Source of the DNA: Pelagibacteraceae bacterium AG-464-P07
GTDB lineage: Bacteria; Pseudomonadota; Alphaproteobacteria; Pelagibacterales; Pelagibacteraceae
DNA: 64,000 nucleotides
Reading direction: 5' to 3'
Assembly (NCBI GenBank): GCA_003211695.1
Contig: QCSA01000001.1
Coordinates: 35,116 to 99,115, forward strand
Each line of letters begins with the position of its first letter. The first letter of the stretch is position 1. The notes under the pieces are model-generated. The model made no database searches, was not told the DNA's origin, and saw only the letters and a list, made by a program, of their open reading frames with translations. Shown one piece after another: positions 27,890-37,832 of the stretch. The translations under genes were made by a program, and so were the position numbers.

Positions 27890-29362
27890 CTACGGCAAAC
27901 AATCCAAATAGGTATCAAGATCCCATTGAGTTGTTGCTCCTAAAAATTTTTCCCATTCATCGTTTTTATACCAATGAAATACTTTATACATTTCATCCGG
28001 CATAGCTGATTGAATAACTTTATCTTCTTTTAAACGATCCAAGGCTTCACCAAGGCTTAATGGTAATTTTTTAACATCTTTACCTGCTTTTTGAGCTTCG
28101 TAGATGTTTCTTGATTCAGGTTTTCCAGGATCAATATTATTAGTCAGGCCATCGTCAAAAGATTTTAATAATGCTGAGCCCATTAAATAAGGGTTATGCA
28201 TCGAGTCAACTGAACGGTATTCAAATCTTCCTGGAGCAGAAACTCTTAGTCCGCAAGTTCTATTTTGATAACCCCAGTCTGCATAAACTGGTGCCCAGAA
28301 ACCTTGATCCCATAAACGTCTATAAGAGTTTACAGTTGATGAGCCAATAGCAGTTAAAGCACCCAAGTGTTTCATAACACCGCCAATACATTTTAAACCA
28401 ATTTTTCCTGGCAGCTGAACATCTTTTGTATCTGGCATAAATGTGTTTTCTCCACCTTGAACATATGTGAAAACTTCTTCTACACCTGGCAATGTTTTAT
28501 GATGTAATTTATTTACTTTATCACTTCCACCTGTCCATAGTGACATGTTTGTATGACATCCGCTGGCCGAAACTCCCATAAAAGGTTTTGTCATGAAGCA
28601 TGCAATTATTCCATGTTCTCTAGCAACTTGTGCGCATATTTGTCTATATGTTGAAAGTCTATCTGCGTTTCTTAATACATCATCAAACATCCAATTCAAT
28701 TCTAACTGACCAGGCGCATCTTCATGATCTCCTTGAATCATGTCTAATCCCATTGCGTTTGAGTATTCAATCACTTTCATAAATACTGGTCTTAAGGATT
28801 CAAATTGGTCAATGTGATAACAATATGGTTTCGAAAAACCTTTACCAGTTGGCGTACCATCTTGATTTCTAGTTAACCACATCATTTCTGGTTCAGTTCC
28901 AATTCTTAATTTCAAACCTTTGTGTTTCTTTGTAAATTCTTCGTGATGTATTCTTAAATTACCTCTACAATCAGATGTTAAATGTCCACCTGGATTATCT
29001 CTTTCTTCTCTATTTCTAAAACAAGTACAATAAACTCTTCCAACTCTTTTATCCCAAGGCACTTGAACAAAAGTTTCTGGATCAGGAATTCCAACTAATT
29101 CTTTAGCTTCTGGTCCATAGCCAATATAATTTTTATGACGATCTACAAATAAGTTTGCCGTCGATCCGTAAACTAATTGAAAACCTTTTTCAGCAATCCT
29201 TTCCCAGTGGTCAGCAGGGATCCCTTTACCGACAACTCTTCCTGTTACTGATATAAATTGAAAATAAACATATGTAATTCCTAATTCGTCAATTTTTTTT
29301 CTTACATCTTTTACTATTTTATCACGTCCAGGTCTGCTAACGTGTTTCTCAAGATCTGTCAT
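27890..29362 (-). CDS. Glutamine-synthetase-family ligase, gamma-glutamylmethylamide synthetase candidate
   Basis: GS catalytic-domain motifs (EPEMMW, GDHEDAPGQLELNW, FMTKPF...ASGCHTNMSLW, NSYRRL). The ATG at 29362 is preceded by GAGGGAG. It lies directly upstream of mgsABC-like genes. Confidence 0.75.
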   Translation of the reverse strand: MTDLEKHVSRPGRDKIVKDVRKKIDELGITYVYFQFISVTGRVVGKGIPADHWERIAEKGFQLVYGSTANLFVDRHKNYIGYGPEAKELVGIPDPETFVQVPWDKRVGRVYCTCFRNREERDNPGGHLTSDCRGNLRIHHEEFTKKHKGLKLRIGTEPEMMWLTRNQDGTPTGKGFSKPYCYHIDQFESLRPVFMKVIEYSNAMGLDMIQGDHEDAPGQLELNWMFDDVLRNADRLSTYRQICAQVAREHGIIACFMTKPFMGVSASGCHTNMSLWTGGSDKVNKLHHKTLPGVEEVFTYVQGGENTFMPDTKDVQLPGKIGLKCIGGVMKHLGALTAIGSSTVNSYRRLWDQGFWAPVYADWGYQNRTCGLRVSAPGRFEYRSVDSMHNPYLMGSALLKSFDDGLTNNIDPGKPESRNIYEAQKAGKDVKKLPLSLGEALDRLKEDKVIQSAMPDEMYKVFHWYKNDEWEKFLGATTQWDLDTYLDCLP

Positions 29363-29469
29363 ATAACCTATCTCCCTCAAAGATTAATATTTTGAACTTA
29401 ACTCTCTTAAATTTAGAAATATGTTAACTGAAAAATAAATACTCGTCCATATAGAAACTTTAATTTTAT

Positions 29470-30807
29470 CTAAGCCCAAGGAAACGGACTATGAGAAGTA
29501 GGATGTAATTGACCATTCGCGTAACGAGTGAATCTAAATGGTTTTAATAGTTCACTTTCTTTTTCAAGTATTTCTTCAGCAACAAGTTTTCCAACTCCTA
29601 ACATTTTATAACCATGGTTTGAGTCAGCGATAATGTAAACATTTTCACAAAATCGATCGAAGATTGGAAAATTATCTGGAGTAAAACAACCTAAACCACC
29701 CGATGGTACTCTATTATATAAATTTGATTTTCCTTCAAATCTTTTTTGGCAATGAGCTAGCGCGGAAGCCCACATATTGGCAAATTTTTCATCTGTTTGA
29801 TATTCCTTTGATGCTATTCCATAAGGATCAACATTTACTTGATCTAATGGTTTTTCAACTTTATACGGAGCAGTACCACCTTGGACACCAAGTGACTCAA
29901 CAATATCGGGCTTATAATAAATTCCCCACATTTTGTCTGTAATTAGGGATCCATCTACATCAGAATATAATGGTTCATTGCTATCAACATGAATAAGTGG
30001 AGGCATATCACCATTATCAGTTTTCAAAAAATCCATACCAACTTTCATTACCCCCTCTTGTAAAAACCAATATTTCCACATTGGTATGTCTTTATTAATT
30101 TCGCCAGTACCATTTTTTATATTTACTTTTTTTGGCAGTTCTAACATTTTCCATAAATTATTTATCCAAGGTCCAACAGCAATAATTACCTGTTCACATT
30201 CTATGATACCTTTTGATGTTTCCGCACCTGTTATTGCGTTACTATTACTTTCTTTTTTAAATCCAATGATTTCAACTCCTGTAATAATTTTTGCACCAGC
30301 CGCTTGTGCTTTTTTTGCTACTCCTTGTATTGCAATTTTACTTTTTGAATATCCTCCTCTTTTTTCATGTAAAATATTTGTAATTCCCTTTGCTTGCCAG
30401 TCGCTAAAAATTTTTTTCATGTAGACTGTACATTGTTTTTCACCTTCTATGAAATCTGATTCATATCCAATAGCTTTTTGTTGTTGATATACAGACTGCA
30501 TATCTTTTTTCATACTTTCAGGACTAATTGCCATAAAACCTACTGAATCATACGCAAAAGTTTTTGGGTCACTTTCCCAAACTTTAACACTATGTGCCAT
30601 TAGTTCTCTCATAGCAGGTTGAAAATAGTTGTTTCTAACAACTCCACAAGCGGTACCGCTAGCACCAGCTGCGATATCTGTTTTGTCTATGACAAGGACA
30701 TCGTCTTCTTTAAGACTGCCATTTTTATTTTTAAGTTTTTCTGCAAGATGCCAAGCGGTGCTCAAACCATGCACTCCGGCACCAATAATTAAGTATTTTG
30801 ATTTCAC
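29470..30807 (-). CDS. DAO-family FAD-dependent oxidoreductase, paralog 1 (first gene of the gmaS-mgs-amt operon)
   Basis: IIGAGVHGLSTAWHLA FAD fold; 445 aa; GTG start. About two-thirds identical (by eye) to ORF 38367-39716. Confidence 0.8.
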   Translation of the reverse strand: MKSKYLIIGAGVHGLSTAWHLAEKLKNKNGSLKEDDVLVIDKTDIAAGASGTACGVVRNNYFQPAMRELMAHSVKVWESDPKTFAYDSVGFMAISPESMKKDMQSVYQQQKAIGYESDFIEGEKQCTVYMKKIFSDWQAKGITNILHEKRGGYSKSKIAIQGVAKKAQAAGAKIITGVEIIGFKKESNSNAITGAETSKGIIECEQVIIAVGPWINNLWKMLELPKKVNIKNGTGEINKDIPMWKYWFLQEGVMKVGMDFLKTDNGDMPPLIHVDSNEPLYSDVDGSLITDKMWGIYYKPDIVESLGVQGGTAPYKVEKPLDQVNVDPYGIASKEYQTDEKFANMWASALAHCQKRFEGKSNLYNRVPSGGLGCFTPDNFPIFDRFCENVYIIADSNHGYKMLGVGKLVAEEILEKESELLKPFRFTRYANGQLHPTSHSPFPWA

Positions 30808-30812
30808 GGTCC

Positions 30813-30890
30813 GATGATGAAAAAGAATTTGAGAGAATAAAATAATTTTTTTTATTACTAAAAAATATATATAAAAAAAATAAGTGAAAT
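30813..30890 (-). promoter_or_regulatory. Duplicated 78-nt leader/promoter element, copy A (upstream of flavoprotein paralog 1)
   Basis: Ungapped 63/78 match (hand count) to 37833-37910. It begins 5 nt from the start codon. Confidence 0.6.
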
Positions 30891-30925
30891 AGACTTATTT
30901 ATGTATAGCTTGATGCGATTGATTT

Positions 30926-32101
30926 ATGCCAAAATCAAATACATATAAAGCTGGGCGGCATTTTTTGCAGGTTCCTGGACCAACAAATCTTCCCGATCGA
31001 ATTCTACGTGCAATGAATCGTCCCGCAATAGACCATCGTGGTCCTCAATTTGCTGAATTATCAAAAAGAATCTTAGAGAGAATTAAATTAATATTTAAAT
31101 CAACAGACCCAGTCATAATTTGGCCTAGCTCAGGTACGGGTGCTATGGAAGCTTCAATAGTTAACACTTTAAATGAGGGAGATAAAGTTTTAATGTTTGA
31201 AACTGGACACTTTGCTACTGAATGGTGTCAAGCTGCACGAAGATATAATGTAAATGTTGATTTTGTTCCAGGAGATTGGAGGCATGGGGCAGATCCAAAA
31301 ATAGTCGAACAAAAATTACTTGCCGATAAAAAACATGAAATTAAAGCTGTATTAGTTACTCATAATGAAACTTCTACAGGGATAGCGAGTAGAGTAGAGG
31401 AAATAAGAAATGCAATCGATAACGCAAAACACCCAGCATTATTTATGGTGGATACGATTTCTTCTTTAGGTTCGTTTAATTATGATCACAAGAAATGGAA
31501 AGTAGATGTTTCTGTGGGAGGATCACAGAAAGGTCTAATGTTACCCCCAGGACTGTCTTTTAATGCAGTTAGTCATAAAGCACTGGAGGCATATAAAAAT
31601 TCAAAACTTCCAAAATCATATTGGCATTGGGGTCAAATGCTAGAAAATAATAAAAACGGTTTTTATCCTTATACGCCTGCTGTGAATATTTTGTATGGAT
31701 TAAATGAATCAATAAATATGTTGATGGAAGAAGGCCTTGACAATGTCTTTGCCAGGCATGCCAGGCATGCAGAAGCAACTAGAATAGCAGTTCAGGCTTG
31801 GGGATTAGAAATACTTGCTAAAAATCCTGAAGAACGTTCAAATTCAATAACAGCAATTTTGATTCCAGACGGACATGATTCAGATAATTTACGAAAAATA
31901 ATTTACGATAATTATGACATGTCTCTAGGAACTGGACTTGCCAAAGTGAAGGGGAAAGTTTTTAGGATTGGTCATGTTGGAGACTTTAATGATTTGATGC
32001 TTGCAGGTACTCTTGCTGGGGTAGAAATGGGTTTAAAACAATCAGGTATACCTTTCAAGCCAGGAGGTATAATGGCTGCTCTAGATTTTCTTTCAAAATA
32101 A
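30926..32101 (+). CDS. sga: Serine-glyoxylate aminotransferase (class V, AGXT family)
   Basis: Close resemblance to Methylobacterium SgaA as recalled: VPGPTN.PDR, HEIKAV.V.HNETSTG, GGSQKGLMLPPGL, GKVFRIGHVGD. Confidence 0.85.
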   Translation: MPKSNTYKAGRHFLQVPGPTNLPDRILRAMNRPAIDHRGPQFAELSKRILERIKLIFKSTDPVIIWPSSGTGAMEASIVNTLNEGDKVLMFETGHFATEWCQAARRYNVNVDFVPGDWRHGADPKIVEQKLLADKKHEIKAVLVTHNETSTGIASRVEEIRNAIDNAKHPALFMVDTISSLGSFNYDHKKWKVDVSVGGSQKGLMLPPGLSFNAVSHKALEAYKNSKLPKSYWHWGQMLENNKNGFYPYTPAVNILYGLNESINMLMEEGLDNVFARHARHAEATRIAVQAWGLEILAKNPEERSNSITAILIPDGHDSDNLRKIIYDNYDMSLGTGLAKVKGKVFRIGHVGDFNDLMLAGTLAGVEMGLKQSGIPFKPGGIMAALDFLSK

Positions 32102-32113
32102 TTATTGCAGCAG

Positions 32114-34834
32114 CTATCCTGTATTTTTCATTGCAGCAGCTATTCCTGCTATAGTTACCATCATAGCGTCCATTAATAATTTTTTATCTGCATTTCTTAA
32201 ATTAGTTGCTTTTAGTTTTTTCATTACATCGGCTTGCAATAAATTTAATGTTTCGGCATATATATTTCTAATTCTTATTGATTCTCTATATGATTTGCGT
32301 TGTTCTAAAATATATTTTGGTATCAAAGTTTTATTTATATGAATTAATGATAACAATTGTTTTCTAAGTTTATTACCGATATTTTGCAATTCTTTGTCAC
32401 CAAGGCATTCTTCATAAAATTGAATTACCCGTAGATCGGTTTTTGTTAACACCATATCTAACATATCCATCATTGCATAAAAAAAATGCCACTTATTTAA
32501 CATATCTTTTAGTATAACTTTATTTTTTCCTATTTTAGCTAATTCTAAACCCTCAAAAGTTCCTAACCAAGCGGGTAAAATAAAACGAATTTGAGTCCAA
32601 GAAAACACCCAAGGTATCGCTCGCAAGTTTTTTATTTCATCACCTTTTTTTCTCTTAGTTGGCCTTGAACCAATTGATAATTGGTCCAAAATTTTCTGAG
32701 GAGTGATTGTTCTGTAATATCTCAAAAAATTAGGATCATGTATGCGACTACGATACGCTGTGCTGGCAGCTTCACTCATATCATTCATCAATCCACGCCA
32801 GCTTTTTTTAGGTCGAGTAGGAGGTATCAAGGTCGCTTCTAATACCGAGGATATATAGGTACCAAGCGTGTGTTCAGCTAATGATTCTGTACTATATTTT
32901 TGTTGAATGATTTCTCCTTGTTCAGTTACGCGCGTTCTTCCATTAACAGTACCTGGCGGTTGGGATAATAATGCTGAATAAATAGGTCCGCCCCCTCGAC
33001 CAACTGATCCACCGCGACCGTGAAACAAAGTTAATTTTACTTTATGTTTATCCGAAACCGATTGTAAATTTTCCTGAGCTTTATATTGAGCCCAACTCGC
33101 TGCAAGCTTTCCAGCATCTTTGCTTGAATCAGAGTAGCCGATCATTACTTCTTGATAACATTTAAATTTTTTTAAATACCAGGAAATATTGTACAAAGAT
33201 TTTATTATTTGATGAGAGTTTTGAAGATCAGATAAAGTTTCAAATAATGGAACAACACGCAAATAGGTTTTTATTCCTGATTCTTTTTGAAGAAACACCA
33301 CAGCCAAAATATCAGAAACATTGGAAGCCATAGAAATAATGTAAGCTCCTAAACATTCTTGTGGTAATTTTGCTATCATTTGAAAAGTAGCCCACACTTC
33401 TTTATCTTCTTTATCCAATACTATATTTTTAGGAATTAAAGAGCGTTTGGATTTGAAATGTTTAGATAAAAAAGAGATTTTTTCTTCTTCTGACCATTCC
33501 TGATAATTGCCTAAGCCCAAACGTAGACAAATATTTTTTAGTAGCTTTCCATGTCGACTAGCCTCTTGACGAATGTCTAATTTTGCTAAATTTAAACCAA
33601 AACAATGTGCTCGTCTCAACAAATCTAACACAGAACCATTAGCAATAGATTCGCACTTAACATCGCAAAGAGAATTGTAAACTATATTTAACGGTTGAAT
33701 GACTTCGTTAATTGATCGAACTAAATATGGTTCGTTTAAAACTTTTCTATTATTTAAATGTAGCTCAATCAATCTTTGGGTATTTTTCATTTTATCCCGA
33801 ATGGGTCTTAAAAAAACTCTATATGGCTCTGAGCTATTACCAACTTTATCTAGAAGGGTTTTGGAACATTCGTGAAGTGACAAATTTCGTATTAATTTCG
33901 TAAGTTCTTTTTCATATAAATTAGCTGCCATCCATCTAGACAACAAAACAACTTCTTCGGTAATTTTTGATGTTACGCTAGAATTACCGTCACGATCTCC
34001 GCCCATCCAAGACCCGAATGTAATTGGAGAAAAATTAATTGGTAAACGTTTACCTACATAATTTAGTATAGCTTGATCAAAATAAGAACAAATTTTTGGT
34101 AACGCATTCCATAAACTATCCTCAATAATTGCCAATCCCCACTTTGCCTCATCTATGGGCGTTGGTTTAGATCGTTTTAACTCATCAGTTTTCCATATGG
34201 ATGTAATTTCTTCATGGAGACTTTCTTCCAATAATTTTGCTTCACGATCAACATTTTTTTTTGTAAAAATTCTTAAATTAACAAATCTTTCTAAAATGTT
34301 ATTTATATGTTTAAATTTATGTATAAGCGTTCTTCTTTTAACTTCCGTTGGATGTGCAGTTAAAACTAATTCGATTTTTAATTTTTTAACGGTTTGAAAA
34401 AATTTCTTTTTGGAAATAGATTTATTTTTTATTAGACGATCTATAGCTTCATCTAAAATAACAAGTTCATTTGTTCCTTGGGCTTTGCGAACGTCAAGAT
34501 TATGTATTTTGTGAACACTATAAAGCGATTCTGCTAAATTAGAAAAATTTAAAAATTGACTAAAAGACCGAGATATTACTAATGACTCTCGATAACTTAA
34601 CTTACGAATATTTGATTTTAATTGACGAAACTTTTTTGTCTCATTCAATCTTATTTTTTTCTTGCTCTTTTTGCCTCTGCTTGTCTTTGATAAAAGTCTA
34701 ATTTTTTCAATTTTATTAAAAAAAGAAATACCCTCTTGTTCTTTAATGACTAGTCCTAATATTTTTCCCAGTAAATGAACAATTTTAGAAAGTTTAAAAA
34801 TTGCTAGGTTTTTGTATTTAGTTTTTTTTACCAT
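32114..34834 (-). CDS. ppc: Phosphoenolpyruvate carboxylase
   Basis: VLTAHPTE, GSWMGGDRDGN, GYSDSSKDAG, FHGRGGSVGRGGGP and the C-terminal ...MKNTG. Confidence 0.93.
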   Translation of the reverse strand: MVKKTKYKNLAIFKLSKIVHLLGKILGLVIKEQEGISFFNKIEKIRLLSKTSRGKKSKKKIRLNETKKFRQLKSNIRKLSYRESLVISRSFSQFLNFSNLAESLYSVHKIHNLDVRKAQGTNELVILDEAIDRLIKNKSISKKKFFQTVKKLKIELVLTAHPTEVKRRTLIHKFKHINNILERFVNLRIFTKKNVDREAKLLEESLHEEITSIWKTDELKRSKPTPIDEAKWGLAIIEDSLWNALPKICSYFDQAILNYVGKRLPINFSPITFGSWMGGDRDGNSSVTSKITEEVVLLSRWMAANLYEKELTKLIRNLSLHECSKTLLDKVGNSSEPYRVFLRPIRDKMKNTQRLIELHLNNRKVLNEPYLVRSINEVIQPLNIVYNSLCDVKCESIANGSVLDLLRRAHCFGLNLAKLDIRQEASRHGKLLKNICLRLGLGNYQEWSEEEKISFLSKHFKSKRSLIPKNIVLDKEDKEVWATFQMIAKLPQECLGAYIISMASNVSDILAVVFLQKESGIKTYLRVVPLFETLSDLQNSHQIIKSLYNISWYLKKFKCYQEVMIGYSDSSKDAGKLAASWAQYKAQENLQSVSDKHKVKLTLFHGRGGSVGRGGGPIYSALLSQPPGTVNGRTRVTEQGEIIQQKYSTESLAEHTLGTYISSVLEATLIPPTRPKKSWRGLMNDMSEAASTAYRSRIHDPNFLRYYRTITPQKILDQLSIGSRPTKRKKGDEIKNLRAIPWVFSWTQIRFILPAWLGTFEGLELAKIGKNKVILKDMLNKWHFFYAMMDMLDMVLTKTDLRVIQFYEECLGDKELQNIGNKLRKQLLSLIHINKTLIPKYILEQRKSYRESIRIRNIYAETLNLLQADVMKKLKATNLRNADKKLLMDAMMVTIAGIAAAMKNTG

Positions 34835-35711
34835 TTAAAACTGATTTTACCGTCTCACCCATTACAGATGGATTTTTAGAGATTGTCACACCACATTCCT
34901 TTAAAAGTTCGACTTTTTCAACAGCACTTTCTCCATAGGCTGAAACAATCGCTCCGGCGTGACCCATTACTCTTCCGATAGGGGCTGTCAATCCAGCTAT
35001 ATAAGCTATCACTGGTTTTGACATATTTTCTTTTGCAAATTTACCTGCTGCGACTTCCTGAGGTCCTCCTATCTCACCAATCATCAATATGGCTTTGGTT
35101 TGATCGTCTTGTTCAAATTTTTCCAAAATATCTCTAAATGAACATCCATTAATTGGATCTCCTCCAATGCCAACGCTAGTTGAGATACCTATATTTAAAT
35201 TTTTCATTTGTTGTGCCGCTTCATATCCAAGTGTACCCGATCGTCCAATAACACCAACTTTGCCTTGCGTATAAATATGTCCCGGCATAATTCCTAACAG
35301 AGATTTTCCAGGACTGATAACGCCAGCACAATTCGGACCTATTAATGTCATTTTATCTTTTTTAGAATATCTCCTCATATAACGTTTAATTTTAATCATA
35401 TCATGAGAAGGAATTCCGTCGGTAATTGCTACGCATGTTTTAATTCCGGCATCCGCTGCTTCCATTGCAGAATCTGCCGCAAACTCTGGTGGAACAAACA
35501 GAATAGTACAAAAAGCATCTGTTTTTTTTACTGCTTCTTTTACAGTATTAAAAACTGGTAAATCTAGGTGTGTTTGTCCTCCTTTACCAGGAGTTACTCC
35601 ACCAACAATATTAGTACCATATTTAATCATCTCTTTTGCATGGAAAGAGCCAAACTTACCAGTAAAACCTTGAACTATTATTTTTGTTTTCTTATCAATT
35701 AATATAGACAT
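34818..35711 (-). CDS. mtkB: Malate-CoA ligase (malate thiokinase) alpha subunit, SucD-like
   Basis: CoA-ligase alpha motifs (VQGFTGKFGSFH, GPNCAGVISPG, GHAGAIV). It shares one base (TAATG) with mtkA and its context is mcl/ppc. Confidence 0.78.
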   Translation of the reverse strand: MSILIDKKTKIIVQGFTGKFGSFHAKEMIKYGTNIVGGVTPGKGGQTHLDLPVFNTVKEAVKKTDAFCTILFVPPEFAADSAMEAADAGIKTCVAITDGIPSHDMIKIKRYMRRYSKKDKMTLIGPNCAGVISPGKSLLGIMPGHIYTQGKVGVIGRSGTLGYEAAQQMKNLNIGISTSVGIGGDPINGCSFRDILEKFEQDDQTKAILMIGEIGGPQEVAAGKFAKENMSKPVIAYIAGLTAPIGRVMGHAGAIVSAYGESAVEKVELLKECGVTISKNPSVMGETVKSVLNGKKN

Positions 35712-36886
35712 TAATTTTTCCCCAATTCTTTAAGAGCCTTAACCGCTTTATTTGCTGCATCTTCTAAAGTTGAGGCTTCAATGTAATTTATTTTTCTTTC
35801 TTTTAAAATTTTATTGCCCTTTTCTACGTTTGTACCTGCTAAACGTATTACAAGAGGCATATTAATTTCTATTTTTTGTAAAGCTTGAACTATTCCTTCA
35901 GCAACCCAGTCGCATCTATTTATACCAGCAAAAATATTTACTAAAATAACTTTCACTTTTTCATCTTGAGAAATTAATTTAAACGCTTTAACCATTTTTT
36001 CAGGACTAGCACCTCCACCAACATCAAGAAAGTTTGCAGGTTCTCCTCCAGCTAATTTAATCATATCCATAGAAGCCATTGCTAAACCCGCTCCATTAAT
36101 TATGTTGCCGATATTACCTTCAAGACTTATGTAATTAAGTCCTCTATCTGATGCATAAACTTCGTTTAGATTTTCTTGGGCCTTATCTCTTAGTTCAGAT
36201 ATCTGACTTCTACGAAATAACGCATTGTTGTCAAAACTCATTTTACAATCGAGAGCTAAAATGTGTTCATCTTTTGATATTACTAGTGGATTAATTTCTA
36301 CCATGGTAGCATCCAATTCACTGAAGGCACGGCAACATCCCATAATTGCGTCAGCCGTTCTAGAAATAAGTTTAGGATCGATACCCAAACCAAAAGCAAT
36401 CTCTCTTGCTTGAAATCTTTGCATTCCAACGGCAACTTCTATTTTTGATCTAATTATACTTTCGGGCTTCTTTTTAGAAATTTCTTCTACACTCATACCG
36501 CCTTCTGTTGAAGCAACCACCATTATACACTCAGAAGCACGATCGAAAACTAATCCTAGATATAATTCTTTTTTAATATCCGTCACTTCTTCAATATAAA
36601 CTCTATGAACGATTTTACCTTGTGGACCTGTTTGTTTTGTAACTAATTTTTTTCCAAGTAATTTGTCAGCCGCTTGGGCAACCTCTATTTTACTATTACA
36701 AATTATAATTCCGCCCGCTTTTCCTCTTGCTCCAGAATGAATTTGGGCTTTAACAACCCATTTCGATCCACCAATTTCACGAGCTTTATATTCTGCATTT
36801 TCTGGACTATATGCAATGGCGCCACGAGGAATATTTATACCAAAACCGGAAAGTATTTTTTTTGCTTGATATTCATGAATGTCCAT
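35711..36886 (-). CDS. mtkA: Malate-CoA ligase (malate thiokinase) beta subunit, SucC-like
   Basis: MDIHEYQAKK start (the ATG at 36886 is preferred over the ORF-track start at 36955). FQAREIAFGLG, MSFDNNALFRR and NIFAGINRCDWVAEG resemble Methylobacterium MtkA rather than SucC, from memory. Confidence 0.8.
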   Translation of the reverse strand: MDIHEYQAKKILSGFGINIPRGAIAYSPENAEYKAREIGGSKWVVKAQIHSGARGKAGGIIICNSKIEVAQAADKLLGKKLVTKQTGPQGKIVHRVYIEEVTDIKKELYLGLVFDRASECIMVVASTEGGMSVEEISKKKPESIIRSKIEVAVGMQRFQAREIAFGLGIDPKLISRTADAIMGCCRAFSELDATMVEINPLVISKDEHILALDCKMSFDNNALFRRSQISELRDKAQENLNEVYASDRGLNYISLEGNIGNIINGAGLAMASMDMIKLAGGEPANFLDVGGGASPEKMVKAFKLISQDEKVKVILVNIFAGINRCDWVAEGIVQALQKIEINMPLVIRLAGTNVEKGNKILKERKINYIEASTLEDAANKAVKALKELGKN

Positions 36887-36887
36887 T

Positions 36888-37826
36888 TCACTTGCTCCCA
36901 ATAAGTTTATTAATATTAACAATATTTTCTGCCATGCGAGCTGAAGCTGCGTCAATCATTCTTCCATCTAATTGTGCTGCACCTTTTCCTTCTTTTGCGG
37001 CTTTGTCTAGTTCTTCAAGAATTTTTTTTGCTCTATTAACTTCTGCAGCCGGTGGCGAAAATACTTTATTTGCAAGATCAATTTGAGAAGGATGTATTGC
37101 CCATTTACCCTCTATACCGATTGCAGCTGCTCTTTTTGCTGATGCTACATATGCGTCAGGATCCTTAAAATCACCGAAGGGACCATCAATTGCTCTTAGC
37201 CCATAAGCTCTACACGTCATTACTAACTGTGACAAACCGTGATGCCATTGATCACCTGGGTAATCTGGGTTCAGCCCACCAATTACAACAGTTCTTGCTC
37301 TTAAGCTTGCTGCATAGTCTGCCACTCCAAAATGAAGTGCTTCTAATCGATTACTAGATTTTGCTATCTCTTTAATGTTTGACATACCTAAAGCAGTTTC
37401 AATTAAACATTCTATTCCAACTTTATTTTTAAATTTTTTTTGATTTTCAATTTGAGTTAATAGACAATCAACTGTGTAGATATCGCTGTCTGTTCCAACT
37501 TTTGGAACTAAAATAGTATCAATTTTATCACCAACCTGTTCCATTATGTCAACCACATCACGATACATATAGTGTGTATCCAAGCTGTTAATTCGAACTG
37601 AAATAGTTTTGCCTCTTTCTCTCCAATTAATTTCATTAAGCGCTTTAATTATATTTTCACGAGCTGATAGCTTATCATTTGGCGAGACAGCGTCTTCAAG
37701 ATCTAGAAAGATATAATCTGCATTTGAATTTAGAGCCTTTTCAAACATTTTTGGAGATGAACCAGGAACAGCTAATTCACTCCTTTGCAAACGCGTTCTT
37801 GCAGGATTATAATATTGATGACTCAT
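36888..37826 (-). CDS. mcl: Malyl-CoA lyase (HpcH/CitE-like)
   Basis: RSELAVPGS, IFLDLEDAV, NSLDTHYMYRDVVDI, FGVADYAAS and GKWAIHPSQIDLAN closely resemble MclA as recalled. Confidence 0.85.
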   Translation of the reverse strand: MSHQYYNPARTRLQRSELAVPGSSPKMFEKALNSNADYIFLDLEDAVSPNDKLSARENIIKALNEINWRERGKTISVRINSLDTHYMYRDVVDIMEQVGDKIDTILVPKVGTDSDIYTVDCLLTQIENQKKFKNKVGIECLIETALGMSNIKEIAKSSNRLEALHFGVADYAASLRARTVVIGGLNPDYPGDQWHHGLSQLVMTCRAYGLRAIDGPFGDFKDPDAYVASAKRAAAIGIEGKWAIHPSQIDLANKVFSPPAAEVNRAKKILEELDKAAKEGKGAAQLDGRMIDAASARMAENIVNINKLIGSK

Positions 37827-37832
37827 AATTTT

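Noticed and set aside
34818-36886. Calling these two genes ordinary succinyl-CoA synthetase sucCD.
   Set aside because: They are translationally coupled to malyl-CoA lyase and PEP carboxylase, and they carry MtkA-like rather than SucC-like signatures as far as I recall. This is not fully excluded; see the refutation criteria in the serine-cycle finding.
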